Part shown: positions 13,074-28,181 of the stretch, piece after piece | Layout of the letters: the number at the start of each line of letters is the position of its first letter | Numbering within the stretch: the stretch's first letter is position 1 | NCBI RefSeq assembly: GCF_058153355.1 | Contig: NZ_CM177019.1 | Length of the DNA stretch: 64,000 nt | Direction: 5' to 3' (one strand) | Position numbers and translations under genes: made by a program | The notes under the pieces: generated by a model | The model's database searches: none | What the model was told of the DNA's origin: nothing | What the model saw: only the letters and a program-made list of their open reading frames with translations

Positions 13074-13492
13074 AAAATTGCCGTTTTAAGCAAACTGAAT
13101 CGAATCTTTTCAGGCAAATGCCAGTAAAAACTGCTTCATAGCGCGGATTTTTACTGGCGTTTGCCTGGAGTCAAGCGATCCATTTCATACTCTTCTTTAT
13201 TTCTTCGTTTTAATCCTTCCTTTCTTGTTCTTGTTTTCATTTCCGTGAAGTGGATTCCACCGTCCAGGGCTAATGCCAAAATCGGGCCTCATTGAACGCA
13301 TTAATGTTGTGTTGTTGCACGGTGAGCCGCTATGGCGCGCTTTTTATACTGTTATTGCCAGATATAAACACGCGCCGTATTCGGCGAACGACCTATAAAA
13401 ACGGCAAAAAATACCCTACGTCACCTCTGATTTCCTGGCGATGTCGCAGTCCAGAGTGAGCGTGGCTAACGCGAATTTTCAGGAGTGCAACA

Positions 13493-14845
13493 ATGAGTTC
13501 TTTAAGTCAGGCTGCGAGCAGTGTGGAAAAACGCACGAATGCTCGTTACTGGATAGTGGTGATGTTGTTTATCGTCACATCCTTCAACTACGGCGACCGC
13601 GCTACGCTCTCTATCGCCGGTTCGGAAATGGCCAAAGATATCGGCCTTGATCCTGTGGGAATGGGCTATGTGTTCTCTGCTTTCTCATGGGCTTATGTTA
13701 TCGGGCAGATCCCTGGTGGCTGGTTGCTGGACCGTTTTGGTTCAAAACGCGTCTACTTCTGGTCGATCTTTATCTGGTCGATGTTTACCTTGCTGCAAGG
13801 CTTCGTCGATATCTTTAGTGGATTCGGCATTATCGTTGCCCTGTTTACGCTGCGCTTCCTGGTCGGGCTTGCTGAAGCGCCATCTTTCCCCGGTAACAGT
13901 CGCATTGTAGCGGCCTGGTTTCCGGCGCAGGAAAGGGGAACTGCAGTGTCTATTTTTAACTCCGCCCAATACTTCGCAACAGTGATCTTCGCGCCGATTA
14001 TGGGCTGGCTGACTCATGAAGTGGGTTGGTCACATGTCTTCTTCTTCATGGGCGGTCTGGGCATTGTCATCAGCTTTATCTGGTTGAAAGTCATCCATGA
14101 GCCAAATCAACATCCGGGCGTAAATCAGAAAGAGCTGGAGTACATCGCCGCGGGTGGTGCGCTGATCAATATGGATCAGCAAAACACCAAAGTTAAAGTA
14201 CCGTTCAGCGTGAAGTGGGGGCAGATCAAACAGCTGCTCGGGTCACGGATGATGATCGGCGTTTATATCGGTCAGTACTGTATCAACGCCCTGACTTACT
14301 TCTTTATTACCTGGTTCCCGGTTTATCTGGTGCAGGCACGCGGGATGTCGATTCTGAAAGCGGGCTTTGTGGCTTCCGTTCCGGCGGTTTGCGGTTTTAT
14401 CGGCGGTGTGCTGGGTGGGATTATTTCCGACTGGCTGATGCGCCGCACGGGATCGCTGAACATTGCGCGTAAAACACCGATCGTAATGGGCATGTTGCTG
14501 TCGATGGTGATGGTGTTCTGCAACTACGTCAACGTTGAGTGGATGATCATCGGCTTTATGGCGCTGGCCTTCTTCGGTAAGGGCATCGGGGCGCTGGGTT
14601 GGGCAGTAATGGCAGATACCGCGCCAAAAGAGATCAGCGGTCTTTCCGGTGGCCTGTTCAATATGTTTGGTAACATTTCCGGTATCGTCACGCCAATCGC
14701 AATTGGTTATATCGTTGGCACGACTGGCTCCTTTAATGGGGCGCTGATTTATGTTGGTGTTCATGCCCTAATCGCGGTACTGAGCTACCTGGTGCTGGTG
14801 GGCGATATCAAGCGTATCGAGCTGAAACCTGTTGCGGGGCAATAA
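13493..14845 (+). CDS. gudP: glucarate/galactarate transporter (MFS)
   Basis: 450-aa MFS ORF; first gene of gudPXD. Confidence 0.92.
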   Translation: MSSLSQAASSVEKRTNARYWIVVMLFIVTSFNYGDRATLSIAGSEMAKDIGLDPVGMGYVFSAFSWAYVIGQIPGGWLLDRFGSKRVYFWSIFIWSMFTLLQGFVDIFSGFGIIVALFTLRFLVGLAEAPSFPGNSRIVAAWFPAQERGTAVSIFNSAQYFATVIFAPIMGWLTHEVGWSHVFFFMGGLGIVISFIWLKVIHEPNQHPGVNQKELEYIAAGGALINMDQQNTKVKVPFSVKWGQIKQLLGSRMMIGVYIGQYCINALTYFFITWFPVYLVQARGMSILKAGFVASVPAVCGFIGGVLGGIISDWLMRRTGSLNIARKTPIVMGMLLSMVMVFCNYVNVEWMIIGFMALAFFGKGIGALGWAVMADTAPKEISGLSGGLFNMFGNISGIVTPIAIGYIVGTTGSFNGALIYVGVHALIAVLSYLVLVGDIKRIELKPVAGQ

Positions 14846-14846
14846 G

Positions 14847-16187
14847 ATGGCGACACAATCCAGTCCTGTTATTACTGATATGAAAGTCATTCCGGTGGCC
14901 GGGCATGACAGCATGTTGCTTAATATTGGTGGGGCACATAACGCATATTTCACCCGCAATATTGTGGTACTCACCGATAACGCCGGGCATACCGGTATTG
15001 GTGAAGCGCCCGGCGGAGAGGTGATTTATCAGACACTGGTCGATGCTATTCCGATGGTGCTGGGCCAGGAGGTCGCACGCCTGAATAAAGTGGTTCAGCA
15101 GGTGCATAAAGGTAATCAGGCTGCCGATTTTGATACCTTCGGCAAAGGTGCCTGGACTTTTGAATTGCGCGTTAATGCCGTGGCGGCGCTGGAAGCCGCC
15201 TTGCTTGACCTGCTAGGTAAGGTGCTGAATGTTCCGGTCTGCGAACTGCTAGGGCCAGGCAAGCAACGTGACGCTATTACCGTCCTCGGTTATCTGTTTT
15301 ATATCGGTGATCGGACTAAAACCGATCTTCCTTATCTGGAAAATACGCCGGGCAACCATGAGTGGTATCAGTTGCGCCACCAAAAAGCGATGAACAGCGA
15401 AGCCGTTGTGCGTCTGGCGGAAGCCTCACAGGATCGCTATGGCTTTAAAGATTTCAAACTTAAGGGCGGCGTGTTACCTGGCGAGCAAGAAATCGACACT
15501 GTTCGTGCATTGAAGAAACGCTTCCCGGATGCGCGAATTACCGTTGATCCCAACGGTGCATGGCTGCTTGATGAAGCCATTTCTCTGTGCAAAGGGCTGA
15601 ATGATGTTCTCACCTATGCGGAAGACCCGTGCGGCGCTGAGCAGGGTTTCTCCGGACGTGAAGTGATGGCGGAGTTTCGACGGGCGACCGGATTGCCCGT
15701 CGCGACTAACATGATCGCCACCAACTGGCGCGAAATGGGCCATGCGGTGATGCTCAATGCGGTAGATATTCCACTTGCCGATCCGCATTTCTGGACGCTT
15801 TCCGGTGCAGTCCGCGTGGCGCAACTTTGCGACGACTGGGGGCTGACCTGGGGCTGCCATTCCAATAACCACTTTGATATCTCTCTGGCGATGTTTACCC
15901 ATGTGGGTGCGGCGGCACCGGGTAATCCTACCGCTATCGATACCCACTGGATTTGGCAGGAGGGAGATTGTCGCCTGACCAAAAATCCGCTGGAGATTAA
16001 AAACGGAAAAATTGCCGTTCCTGATGCGCCCGGTCTGGGCGTGGAACTGGACTGGGAGCAGGTACAAAAGGCGCATGAGGCCTATAAACGTCTGCCTGGC
16101 GGTGCGCGTAACGACGCGGGCCCGATGCAGTACCTGATCCCCGGCTGGACCTTTGACCGTAAACGTCCCGTTTTCGGCCGTCATTGA
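14847..16187 (+). CDS. gudX: glucarate dehydratase-related protein (enolase superfamily)
   Basis: ORF 14832-16187 trimmed to MATQSSPV...; paralogue of the following gudD (shared [20 protein letters not shown] blocks). Confidence 0.9.
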   Translation: MATQSSPVITDMKVIPVAGHDSMLLNIGGAHNAYFTRNIVVLTDNAGHTGIGEAPGGEVIYQTLVDAIPMVLGQEVARLNKVVQQVHKGNQAADFDTFGKGAWTFELRVNAVAALEAALLDLLGKVLNVPVCELLGPGKQRDAITVLGYLFYIGDRTKTDLPYLENTPGNHEWYQLRHQKAMNSEAVVRLAEASQDRYGFKDFKLKGGVLPGEQEIDTVRALKKRFPDARITVDPNGAWLLDEAISLCKGLNDVLTYAEDPCGAEQGFSGREVMAEFRRATGLPVATNMIATNWREMGHAVMLNAVDIPLADPHFWTLSGAVRVAQLCDDWGLTWGCHSNNHFDISLAMFTHVGAAAPGNPTAIDTHWIWQEGDCRLTKNPLEIKNGKIAVPDAPGLGVELDWEQVQKAHEAYKRLPGGARNDAGPMQYLIPGWTFDRKRPVFGRH

Positions 16188-16207
16188 TTTTGAAAAAGGA
16201 CATAGAT

Positions 16208-17548
16208 ATGAGTTTTCAATTTACGACGCCTGTTGTTACTGAAATGCAGGTCATCCCGGTGGCGGGCCATGACAGTATGCTGATGAATCTGAGTGGTGCA
16301 CACGCACCGTTCTTCACGCGTAATATTGTGATTATCAAAGATAATTCTGGTCACACTGGCGTAGGGGAAATTCCCGGCGGCGAGAAAATCCGTAAAACGC
16401 TGGAAGATGCAATTCCGCTGGTGGTGGGTAAAACGCTGGGTGAATACAAAAACGTTCTGACGCTGGTGCGTAATACATTTGCCGATCGTGATGCCGGCGG
16501 GCGCGGTTTGCAGACATTTGATTTGCGGACCACTATTCATGTGGTTACTGGGATAGAAGCGGCAATGCTGGATCTGCTGGGGCAGCATCTGGGGGTTAAC
16601 GTGGCATCGCTGCTGGGCGATGGTCAACAGCGTAGCGAAGTCGAAATGCTCGGTTATCTGTTCTTCGTCGGTAATCGCAAAGCCACACCGCTGCCGTATC
16701 AAAGCCAGCCGGATGACTCATGCGACTGGTATCGCCTGCGTCACGAAGAAGCGATGACGTCGGATGCGGTGGTGCGCCTGGCGGAAGCGGCATATGAAAA
16801 ATATGGCTTCAACGATTTCAAACTGAAGGGCGGTGTACTGGCCGGAGAAGAAGAAGCCGAATCTATTGTGGCACTGGCGCAACGCTTCCCGCAGGCGCGT
16901 ATTACCCTCGATCCTAACGGTGCCTGGTCGCTGAACGAAGCGATTAAAATCGGTAAATACCTGAAAGGTTCGCTGGCTTATGCAGAAGATCCGTGTGGTG
17001 CGGAGCAAGGTTTCTCCGGGCGTGAAGTGATGGCAGAGTTCCGTCGCGCGACTGGCCTGCCGACCGCAACCAATATGATCGCCACCGACTGGCGGCAGAT
17101 GGGCCATACGCTCTCGTTACAATCCGTTGATATCCCGCTGGCGGATCCGCATTTCTGGACGATGCAAGGTTCGGTACGTGTGGCGCAAATGTGCCATGAA
17201 TTTGGCCTGACCTGGGGGTCACACTCTAACAACCACTTCGATATTTCCCTGGCGATGTTTACCCATGTAGCCGCTGCTGCACCGGGTAAAATTACTGCTA
17301 TTGATACGCACTGGATCTGGCAGGAAGGCAATCAGCGTCTGACCAAAGAACCGTTTGAGATCAAAGGCGGGCTGGTACAGGTGCCGCAAAAACCAGGATT
17401 GGGCGTAGAAATCGATATGGATCAGGTGATGAAAGCCCACGAGCTGTATCAGAAACACGGGCTTGGCGCGCGTGACGATGCAATGGGAATGCAGTATCTG
17501 ATTCCTGGCTGGACGTTCGATAACAAGCGTCCGTGCATGGTGCGTTAA
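16208..17548 (+). CDS. gudD: D-glucarate dehydratase
   Basis: ORF 16184-17548 trimmed to the Met at 16208 ([10 protein letters not shown]...); enolase-superfamily sequence. Confidence 0.92.
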   Translation: MSFQFTTPVVTEMQVIPVAGHDSMLMNLSGAHAPFFTRNIVIIKDNSGHTGVGEIPGGEKIRKTLEDAIPLVVGKTLGEYKNVLTLVRNTFADRDAGGRGLQTFDLRTTIHVVTGIEAAMLDLLGQHLGVNVASLLGDGQQRSEVEMLGYLFFVGNRKATPLPYQSQPDDSCDWYRLRHEEAMTSDAVVRLAEAAYEKYGFNDFKLKGGVLAGEEEAESIVALAQRFPQARITLDPNGAWSLNEAIKIGKYLKGSLAYAEDPCGAEQGFSGREVMAEFRRATGLPTATNMIATDWRQMGHTLSLQSVDIPLADPHFWTMQGSVRVAQMCHEFGLTWGSHSNNHFDISLAMFTHVAAAAPGKITAIDTHWIWQEGNQRLTKEPFEIKGGLVQVPQKPGLGVEIDMDQVMKAHELYQKHGLGARDDAMGMQYLIPGWTFDNKRPCMVR

Positions 17549-17556
17549 GACAGAAA

Positions 17557-17590
17557 ACCAAAACCGGCTCTGTCAGGAGCCGGTTTTTAC
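17557..17590. terminator. bidirectional intrinsic terminator between gudD and barA
   Basis: AAAACCGGCTC-TGTCAG-GAGCCGGTTTTT hairpin flanked by A-run and T-run between convergent genes. Confidence 0.75.
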
Positions 17591-17605
17591 TGGATAACAT
17601 ATTTA

Positions 17606-20362
17606 TTACCCAAGAATTTTGCTGGCTTCGCGCGCTACATTATCCATCTCGTCCAACAGTTCCAGCAGCTCCGGCTCCAAATCTTCTTCTTTAGTACCGC
17701 TGCGTAGCTGTTGTTCGATCAGTTGGCAGAGATTCTTCATACGCGGCACACCGCTATAGCCGCAACTGCCATGCAGTTTATGAATCAAATCAACCAGGCC
17801 TTCCGGGTTTTCTCCAACCAGCTGTTCCTCAACTTTGTTGCGAACTTCAGGCAGGAAATCGAGTAACATTTGCAGCATATCGCGCGCTAAATCGGTTTTT
17901 CCTGCTGCCTGGCGTAGTGCCAGTTGCCAGTCGAGGGTCGCATTCGGGTTCACCACAATTTCATTGACTTCGGGGGTCACGACGCGAGAGGAAATACCGC
18001 TGCCAGGCTTGTAGCGCAACAGCAAATTATGCAATCGTTCTTCTTCAATCGGTTTCGCCAGATAATCGCTCATCCCTGCGCCAAGCAGCTTCTCTTTTTG
18101 CCCGGCCATTGCATGCGCCGTTACCGCGATAACCGGCGTTTGTTGCTGATGGGGGAGCTGGTGGATGAGTTCGCAGGCCCGAATACCGTCCATGTCCGGC
18201 ATTTGAATATCCATTAAGATCAAATCGAACGGCATCTGTTTCGCCCGTTCAACCGCCTGATGCCCGCTATCGCAAAGTTCCACATGTTGCACCATATCTT
18301 CCAGCAATGCGCCGATAAGTTTCAGGTTAGCGGGGTTGTCATCAATCGCCATGACTGTCATTGCCAGCTTACTTTCATCGGTTACAGGCAAAAGCGTGTT
18401 TTGTTTGTGATGACAAAATTCCGTCAGGGCAGGGAACAGGCGCGTAGGTGTTAATGGTTTCAGCAGACACGCGCCGATACCATCTTGCTTAAGTTTTTCA
18501 GCATTGACTTGTGCATGGCAAGGAAGTGCCAGCATCAGAAAATCGGTCATCGATACCGCTTTCGCTAATCGCTCATGTTGCATTGTTAGCGGCTCGCGGA
18601 AGGTCACCGCAATGCCTAATAACATCATGTCGTAATGCGCGGGAGGCAGCGCGGAGAACGTTGGGCTATAAACCACTTCCAGCGGCGTTTCACTTAAAAT
18701 ATCCAGCGTGCATTGCGCTGCTGCGGAGTTTGGTTCGACATAGGCCAGGCGCTTGCCGGCGAGGCACTGGGTGGATGGCCCTTCGATAATAATGTTCGGA
18801 TTCAGATCGAGATTAATGTGGAACCAGAAAGTTGAACCGCGATTCGGCTGGCTATGGAACGAAATATCGCCGCCCATTTCATTAACCAGTTTTTGTGTAA
18901 TCACCAGCCCCAGCCCGGTGCCACCATGACGGCGGGAAATACTGGCATCAGCCTGTCGGAAGGCCTGGAATAAGCGCGATTGATCGCGTTCAGGAATACC
19001 AATGCCGGTATCCCGAATCTGCACTTCAATCTGCACTTTGGTATTACTCAGCGCACGTTTTTCTACCAGAATATCAATGTTGCCATTCTCGGTGAATTTA
19101 ATTGCATTCCCTACCAGGTTAGTGATGATTTGCTGTAATCGCAGTGGGTCGCCAATTACGTTATCGGGCACGTCGCTCTTAATATTGAGCGTCAGTTCCA
19201 GCCCTTTATCGTGAGAAGAATGTGCCAGCAGGGTAACGACTTCATCCAGCGTGCTGCGTAGTGGGAATGGAATACTTTCCAGAATCAGCTTACCTGCTTC
19301 CAGTTTCGAGAAGTCGAGAACATCATTAATAATTGCCAGCAAATTATTTGCCGAACGTTCAATCGTATTCAGGTGGTCGCGCTGCGTTGGCGTTAATTCT
19401 GTTTTCAGCGTCAGGCGGGTAAAGCCAATAACGCCATTGAGCGGAGTTCGCAGCTCGTGGGACATATTTGCCAGAAACTCAGACTTAATCCGCGCCGCTT
19501 CCTGGGCACGTTTTTTCGCCAGATCCAACTCAACGTTCTGAATTTCCATCTGCTCCAGCGTTTCACGCAGATCGGACGTCGCCTGGTCGATATTGTGTTG
19601 CATCTCTTCGTGATAAGCAGCCAGCGACATTGCCATCGAGTTGATGCCATTTTTCAGCATATCCAGCTCGCCGAGCATAAATCCTTCCACTCGGCTGTCG
19701 AGTTGTCCGCGACGGATACGGTCGACGGTATTTACCATGTTGCGAATTGGACCGGTTACATCACGCATGAGTCGCCAGCCAAAAATAAGCGCAATACCGA
19801 TACAAAACAGCATCATCACGCTGGAAATAAAGATCTCTTTATATTGCTGCAAGCGAACCGATTTAAGATCCAGCTCAAGCGCAATATATCCCAACATATT
19901 TTGACTATTTTTGGCATCGCTACTGGGCGATTCGTCGGGGGAGTAACTCTCAGAAATAATCGGCGTGCGGAGGATCATAATATCGCCGTCACGAGTGACA
20001 GTGAGCTGGCGAGGAAACGGCACGTTGCTGCCGAGCTGCATTGATGAGGGATCAAGATGAAAATTGGAGGTGACAAAGAGTCGGTTATTTTCATCATAAA
20101 CCGAAATCGCGCGAACAATATCGGAATGGCGACGATGCAGCACGCTTATTAACTGACCGATAGATTCGCGATTTTGCAGGCTCATGCCATATTCAGTAGA
20201 AACTGCAAGCGGCTCAATAATGCTGGCTCCGGCATCTTCCAGTTGACGCTGCAAGTCGTTATAGCGATGCACAACGAAAAAGATACTCAGCAATAAACCA
20301 ATAAGGACGGTCGGTGCCAGGATCAGAATCATCATGCGTGCGCGCAGGCTGTAGTTGGTCAT
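17606..20362 (-). CDS. barA: hybrid sensor histidine kinase BarA
   Basis: 918-aa ORF with HAMP, HisKA ([11 protein letters not shown]), receiver and HPt regions. Confidence 0.95.
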   Translation of the reverse strand: MTNYSLRARMMILILAPTVLIGLLLSIFFVVHRYNDLQRQLEDAGASIIEPLAVSTEYGMSLQNRESIGQLISVLHRRHSDIVRAISVYDENNRLFVTSNFHLDPSSMQLGSNVPFPRQLTVTRDGDIMILRTPIISESYSPDESPSSDAKNSQNMLGYIALELDLKSVRLQQYKEIFISSVMMLFCIGIALIFGWRLMRDVTGPIRNMVNTVDRIRRGQLDSRVEGFMLGELDMLKNGINSMAMSLAAYHEEMQHNIDQATSDLRETLEQMEIQNVELDLAKKRAQEAARIKSEFLANMSHELRTPLNGVIGFTRLTLKTELTPTQRDHLNTIERSANNLLAIINDVLDFSKLEAGKLILESIPFPLRSTLDEVVTLLAHSSHDKGLELTLNIKSDVPDNVIGDPLRLQQIITNLVGNAIKFTENGNIDILVEKRALSNTKVQIEVQIRDTGIGIPERDQSRLFQAFRQADASISRRHGGTGLGLVITQKLVNEMGGDISFHSQPNRGSTFWFHINLDLNPNIIIEGPSTQCLAGKRLAYVEPNSAAAQCTLDILSETPLEVVYSPTFSALPPAHYDMMLLGIAVTFREPLTMQHERLAKAVSMTDFLMLALPCHAQVNAEKLKQDGIGACLLKPLTPTRLFPALTEFCHHKQNTLLPVTDESKLAMTVMAIDDNPANLKLIGALLEDMVQHVELCDSGHQAVERAKQMPFDLILMDIQMPDMDGIRACELIHQLPHQQQTPVIAVTAHAMAGQKEKLLGAGMSDYLAKPIEEERLHNLLLRYKPGSGISSRVVTPEVNEIVVNPNATLDWQLALRQAAGKTDLARDMLQMLLDFLPEVRNKVEEQLVGENPEGLVDLIHKLHGSCGYSGVPRMKNLCQLIEQQLRSGTKEEDLEPELLELLDEMDNVAREASKILG

Positions 20363-20418
20363 GGAGTTCCGTTATGGGACAATTAAGGTCACACTGTTAA
20401 ATTGAGAAAGTCTCGCCA

Positions 20419-21720
20419 ATGGCGCAATTCTACTCTGCAAAACGACGCACGACGACGCGTCAGATCATAACTGTTTCAGTCAACGACCTCGACTCTTTTG
20501 GTCAGGGCGTGGCACGACATAACGGCAAAGCGTTATTTATTCCTGGATTATTGCCACAGGAAAACGCGGAAGTTACTGTTACTGAAGATAAAAAACAGTA
20601 CGCCCGCGCTAAAGTCGTGCGCCGGTTAAGCGATAGCCCGGAACGCGAAACGCCACGCTGCCCTCATTTTGGCGTATGCGGTGGCTGTCAGCAACAACAC
20701 GCCAGCGAGGATTTACAGCAGCGAAGCAAAAGTGCGGCACTCGCCCGATTAATGAAACACGAAGTCTCTGAAGTGATCGCCGATGTTCCCTGGGGCTATC
20801 GCCGTCGCGCGCGTTTAAGTTTGAACTACTTACCGAAAACACAGCAACTTCAGATGGGGTTTCGCAAAGCTGGCTCCAGTGACATTGTCGACGTTAAACA
20901 ATGCCCCATTTTAGTGCCCCAACTTGAAGCATTGCTGCCCAAAGTCAGGGCATGCCTGGGCAGCTTACAAGCTATGCGCCATCTTGGTCATGTTGAACTG
21001 GTACAAGCAACCAGCGGTACGCTGATGATTTTGCGCCATACCGCACCGCTAAGTTCGGCAGATCGCGAAAAACTGGAACGCTTTTCGCATTCTGAAGGCC
21101 TGGATCTGTATCTCGCCCCCGATAGTGAGATACTCGAAACCGTCTCTGGTGAGATGCCCTGGTATGACTCAAACGGGTTGCGCTTAACTTTTAGCCCGCG
21201 CGATTTTATTCAGGTCAATGCGGGTGTGAACCAAAAAATGGTAGCGCGTGCGTTGGAATGGCTGGATGTACAACCTGAAGATCGCGTACTGGATCTGTTC
21301 TGCGGTATGGGCAACTTTACACTGCCATTGGCGACACAAGCTGCCAGTGTGGTGGGTGTAGAAGGCGTTCCGGCGCTGGTTGAAAAAGGCCAGCAGAATG
21401 CGCGTCTTAATGGCTTACACAATGTGACGTTTTATCACGAAAATCTTGAAGAAGATGTCACAAAGCAGCCGTGGGCGAAAAACGGCTTCGATAAAGTGTT
21501 GCTGGACCCGGCGCGAGCAGGTGCCGCAGGTGTTATGCAGCAAATTATAAAACTGGAACCTATTCGTATAGTTTATGTATCCTGTAATCCTGCAACGCTG
21601 GCTCGGGATAGCGAAGCGTTATTAAAAGCAGGATATACCATTGCGCGACTGGCGATGCTGGATATGTTCCCACACACGGGACATCTGGAATCGATGGTAC
21701 TTTTCTCGCGCGTTAAATAG
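20419..21720 (+). CDS. rlmD: 23S rRNA (uracil1939-C5)-methyltransferase
   Basis: 433-aa ORF recognised as RlmD/RumA (TRAM domain, Fe-S Cys cluster, SAM-MTase). Confidence 0.92.
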   Translation: MAQFYSAKRRTTTRQIITVSVNDLDSFGQGVARHNGKALFIPGLLPQENAEVTVTEDKKQYARAKVVRRLSDSPERETPRCPHFGVCGGCQQQHASEDLQQRSKSAALARLMKHEVSEVIADVPWGYRRRARLSLNYLPKTQQLQMGFRKAGSSDIVDVKQCPILVPQLEALLPKVRACLGSLQAMRHLGHVELVQATSGTLMILRHTAPLSSADREKLERFSHSEGLDLYLAPDSEILETVSGEMPWYDSNGLRLTFSPRDFIQVNAGVNQKMVARALEWLDVQPEDRVLDLFCGMGNFTLPLATQAASVVGVEGVPALVEKGQQNARLNGLHNVTFYHENLEEDVTKQPWAKNGFDKVLLDPARAGAAGVMQQIIKLEPIRIVYVSCNPATLARDSEALLKAGYTIARLAMLDMFPHTGHLESMVLFSRVK

Positions 21721-21767
21721 TTACGATTTGCCGATTTCGGCAGGTCTGGTCCCTAAAGGAGAGGACG

Positions 21768-24002
21768 ATGGTTGCGGTAAGAAGTGCACATATCAATAAG
21801 GCTGGTGAATTTGATCCGGAAAAATGGATCGCAAGTCTGGGTATTACCAGCCAGAAGTCGTGTGAGTGCTTAGCCGAAACCTGGGCGTATTGTCTGCAAC
21901 AGACGCAGGGGCATCCGGATGCCAGTCTGTTATTGTGGCGTGGTGTTGAGATGGTGGAGATCCTCTCGACATTAAGTATGGACATTGACACGCTGCGGGC
22001 GGCGCTGCTGTTCCCTCTGGCGGATGCCAACGTAGTTAGCGAAGATGTGCTGCGTGAGAGCGTCGGTAAGTCGGTCGTTAACCTTATTCACGGCGTGCGT
22101 GATATGGCGGCGATCCGCCAGCTGAAAGCGACGCATACTGATTCTGTTTCCTCCGAACAGGTCGATAACGTTCGCCGGATGTTATTGGCGATGGTCGATG
22201 ATTTCCGCTGCGTGGTCATCAAACTGGCAGAGCGTATTGCTCATCTGCGCGAAGTAAAAGACGCGCCGGAAGATGAGCGCGTACTGGCGGCAAAAGAGTG
22301 CACCAATATCTACGCGCCGTTGGCGAACCGTCTTGGGATTGGGCAACTGAAATGGGAGCTGGAAGATTACTGCTTCCGTTATCTCCACCCGACCGAATAC
22401 AAACGCATCGCAAAACTGCTGCATGAACGCCGTCTCGATCGCGAACACTATATCGAAGAGTTTGTCGGCCATCTGCGCGCTGAGATGAAAGCTGAAGGCG
22501 TTAAAGCTGAAGTGTATGGCCGTCCGAAACACATCTACAGTATCTGGCGCAAAATGCAGAAAAAGAACCTCGCCTTCGATGAGCTGTTTGATGTGCGTGC
22601 GGTACGTATTGTCGCCGAGCGTTTACAGGATTGTTATGCCGCACTGGGGATAGTGCACACTCACTATCGCCACCTGCCGGATGAGTTCGATGATTACGTT
22701 GCGAACCCGAAACCGAACGGTTATCAGTCTATTCATACTGTGGTGCTGGGGCCGGGCGGTAAAACCGTTGAAATCCAAATCCGCACCAAACAGATGCATG
22801 AAGATGCAGAGTTAGGTGTTGCTGCGCACTGGAAATATAAAGAAGGCGCGGCAGCTGGCGGTGCACGTTCGGGACATGAAGACCGAATTGCCTGGCTGCG
22901 TAAACTGATTGCGTGGCAGGAAGAGATGGCTGATTCCGGCGAAATGCTCGACGAAGTACGCAGCCAGGTCTTTGACGACCGGGTGTATGTATTTACGCCG
23001 AAAGGTGATGTCGTTGATTTGCCTGCGGGATCAACGCCGCTGGACTTCGCTTACCACATCCACAGTGATGTCGGACACCGCTGCATCGGGGCAAAAATAG
23101 GCGGGCGCATTGTGCCGTTCACCTACCAGTTGCAGATGGGCGACCAGATTGAAATTATCACCCAGAAACAGCCGAACCCCAGCCGTGACTGGTTAAACCC
23201 AAACCTCGGTTACGTCACAACCAGCCGTGGGCGTTCGAAAATTCACGCCTGGTTCCGTAAACAGGACCGTGACAAAAACATTCTGGCAGGGCGGCAAATC
23301 CTTGACGACGAGCTGGAACATCTGGGGATCAGCCTGAAAGAAGCAGAAAAACATCTGCTGCCGCGTTACAACTTCAATGATGTCGACGAGTTGTTGGCAG
23401 CGATTGGTGGCGGGGATATCCGTCTCAATCAGATGGTGAACTTCCTGCAATCACAATTTAATAAACCGAGTGCCGAAGAGCAGGATGCCGCCGCGCTGAA
23501 GCAACTTCAGCAAAAAAGCTATACGCCACAAAACCGCAGTAAAGATAACGGTCGGGTGGTGGTTGAAGGTGTCGGCAACCTGATGCACCACATCGCGCGT
23601 TGCTGCCAGCCGATTCCTGGAGATGAGATTGTCGGCTTCATTACCCAGGGGCGCGGTATTTCAGTACACCGCGCCGATTGCGAACAATTGGCGGAACTGC
23701 GCTCCCATGCGCCAGAACGCATTGTTGACGCGGTATGGGGCGAGAGCTACTCCGCCGGATATTCGCTGGTGGTCCGCGTGGTGGCTAATGATCGTAGTGG
23801 GTTGTTACGTGATATCACGACCATTCTCGCCAACGAGAAAGTGAACGTGCTTGGCGTTGCCAGCCGTAGCGACACCAAACAGCAACTGGCGACCATCGAC
23901 ATGACCATTGAGATTTACAACCTGCAAGTGCTGGGCCGCGTGCTGGGTAAACTCAACCAGGTGCCGGATGTTATCGACGCGCGTCGGTTGCACGGGAGTT
24001 AG
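21768..24002 (+). CDS. relA: GTP pyrophosphokinase ((p)ppGpp synthetase I)
   Basis: 744-aa ORF recognised as RelA. Confidence 0.96.
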   Translation: MVAVRSAHINKAGEFDPEKWIASLGITSQKSCECLAETWAYCLQQTQGHPDASLLLWRGVEMVEILSTLSMDIDTLRAALLFPLADANVVSEDVLRESVGKSVVNLIHGVRDMAAIRQLKATHTDSVSSEQVDNVRRMLLAMVDDFRCVVIKLAERIAHLREVKDAPEDERVLAAKECTNIYAPLANRLGIGQLKWELEDYCFRYLHPTEYKRIAKLLHERRLDREHYIEEFVGHLRAEMKAEGVKAEVYGRPKHIYSIWRKMQKKNLAFDELFDVRAVRIVAERLQDCYAALGIVHTHYRHLPDEFDDYVANPKPNGYQSIHTVVLGPGGKTVEIQIRTKQMHEDAELGVAAHWKYKEGAAAGGARSGHEDRIAWLRKLIAWQEEMADSGEMLDEVRSQVFDDRVYVFTPKGDVVDLPAGSTPLDFAYHIHSDVGHRCIGAKIGGRIVPFTYQLQMGDQIEIITQKQPNPSRDWLNPNLGYVTTSRGRSKIHAWFRKQDRDKNILAGRQILDDELEHLGISLKEAEKHLLPRYNFNDVDELLAAIGGGDIRLNQMVNFLQSQFNKPSAEEQDAAALKQLQQKSYTPQNRSKDNGRVVVEGVGNLMHHIARCCQPIPGDEIVGFITQGRGISVHRADCEQLAELRSHAPERIVDAVWGESYSAGYSLVVRVVANDRSGLLRDITTILANEKVNVLGVASRSDTKQQLATIDMTIEIYNLQVLGRVLGKLNQVPDVIDARRLHGS

Positions 24003-24097
24003 TCTTACATAGCTGGATATGGCGTCAGCCGTATCCAGCGATATCTTTTACTCGAAGGTATTACACCTGACAGACCCGCAATTTTCAGGACATTCTA

Positions 24098-24889
24098 ATG
24101 AATCAAATCGACCGTTTGCTCACTATTATGCAGCGTCTTCGCGACCCGGAAAACGGCTGCCCGTGGGATAAAGAGCAGACATTTGCCACCATTGCACCTT
24201 ACACCCTTGAAGAAACCTACGAAGTGCTGGACGCCATCGCCCGTGAAGATTTTGACGATCTGCGCGGTGAGCTCGGCGATCTATTGTTTCAGGTGGTGTT
24301 TTACGCGCAAATGGCTCAGGAAGAAGGGCGCTTTGATTTTAATGATATCTGCGCCGCGATTAGCGATAAGCTAGAACGTCGCCATCCACATGTTTTTGCA
24401 GGCAGTTCTGCCGAAAACAGTAATGAAGTGCTTGCCCGTTGGGAGCAAATCAAAACCGAAGAGCGCGCGCAGAAAGCGCAGCATTCGGCGCTGGACGATA
24501 TTCCTCGTAGTTTACCGGCTTTAATGCGTGCGCAAAAAATCCAGAAACGTTGCGCCAACGTTGGCTTCGATTGGACGACGCTTGGTCCGGTAGTCGATAA
24601 AGTCTACGAAGAGATCGACGAGGTGATGTACGAGGCGCGGCAGGCTGTTGTCGACCAGGCTAAACTGGAGGAGGAAATGGGTGACCTGCTGTTTGCCACG
24701 GTCAACATGGCCCGCCATTTAGGGACAAAAGCAGAGATTGCACTACAAAAAGCCAATGAAAAATTCGAGCGCCGTTTTCGCGAAGTGGAGCGTATTGTTG
24801 CCGCGCGTGGACTGGAAATGACAGGTGTTGACCTCGAAACAATGGAAGAAGTCTGGCAACAGGTAAAACGGCAGGAAATTGATCTCTAA
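24098..24889 (+). CDS. mazG: nucleoside triphosphate pyrophosphohydrolase
   Basis: 263-aa ORF recognised as MazG; starts only 95 bp after the relA stop. Confidence 0.93.
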   Translation: MNQIDRLLTIMQRLRDPENGCPWDKEQTFATIAPYTLEETYEVLDAIAREDFDDLRGELGDLLFQVVFYAQMAQEEGRFDFNDICAAISDKLERRHPHVFAGSSAENSNEVLARWEQIKTEERAQKAQHSALDDIPRSLPALMRAQKIQKRCANVGFDWTTLGPVVDKVYEEIDEVMYEARQAVVDQAKLEEEMGDLLFATVNMARHLGTKAEIALQKANEKFERRFREVERIVAARGLEMTGVDLETMEEVWQQVKRQEIDL

Positions 24890-25101
24890 GGGAATTACGT
24901 GGTCAAGCGCGATTTGTGTCATTTTTTAAATGACAAGCGCTTGATTTGCGTCAAAAACATTTACCCCAAAGGGGCTATTTTCTCACTCCTGATTTCAATA
25001 GTGCGCTGGCGAAGAGGAGGGATAATGAAAGTTTGTGGCACAGGTCATGTTCGGGTATACTGCTTTCCCGTCCTGGTTATTCCATCGTCTTTTCAACCTA
25101 A

Positions 25102-26754
<1,653 letters not shown>

Positions 26755-26826
26755 GTAAAAAAGTTAGAACGGCAACGCGTACCCAGGGTACGCGTTGTTT
26801 GTCTGGAGTTTCAGTTTAACTAGTGA

Positions 26827-28140
<1,314 letters not shown>

Positions 28141-28167
28141 GTCTGACTTTATCTGATTTAAAAATGC

Positions 28168-28181
28168 CAGCCTTCGGGCTG
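28168..28181. repeat. IS4 target-site duplication, left copy
   Basis: CAGCCTTCGGGCTG immediately left of the IS4 left IR; identical copy at 29609-29622. Exact TSD length (12-14 bp) is ambiguous because the target is itself palindromic. Confidence 0.8.

Noticed and set aside
13120-13158. Hairpin GCCAGTAAAAA (17-nt loop) TTTTTACTGGC after yqcA as a terminator
   Set aside because: Stem is AT-rich with a large loop and no clear downstream T-tract; too weak to call a terminator confidently.
15474-17331. Several 90-240-aa minus-strand ORFs across gudX and gudD
   Set aside because: All antisense to the paralogous enolase-superfamily genes; the similar pairs reflect the gudX/gudD duplication, not real genes.
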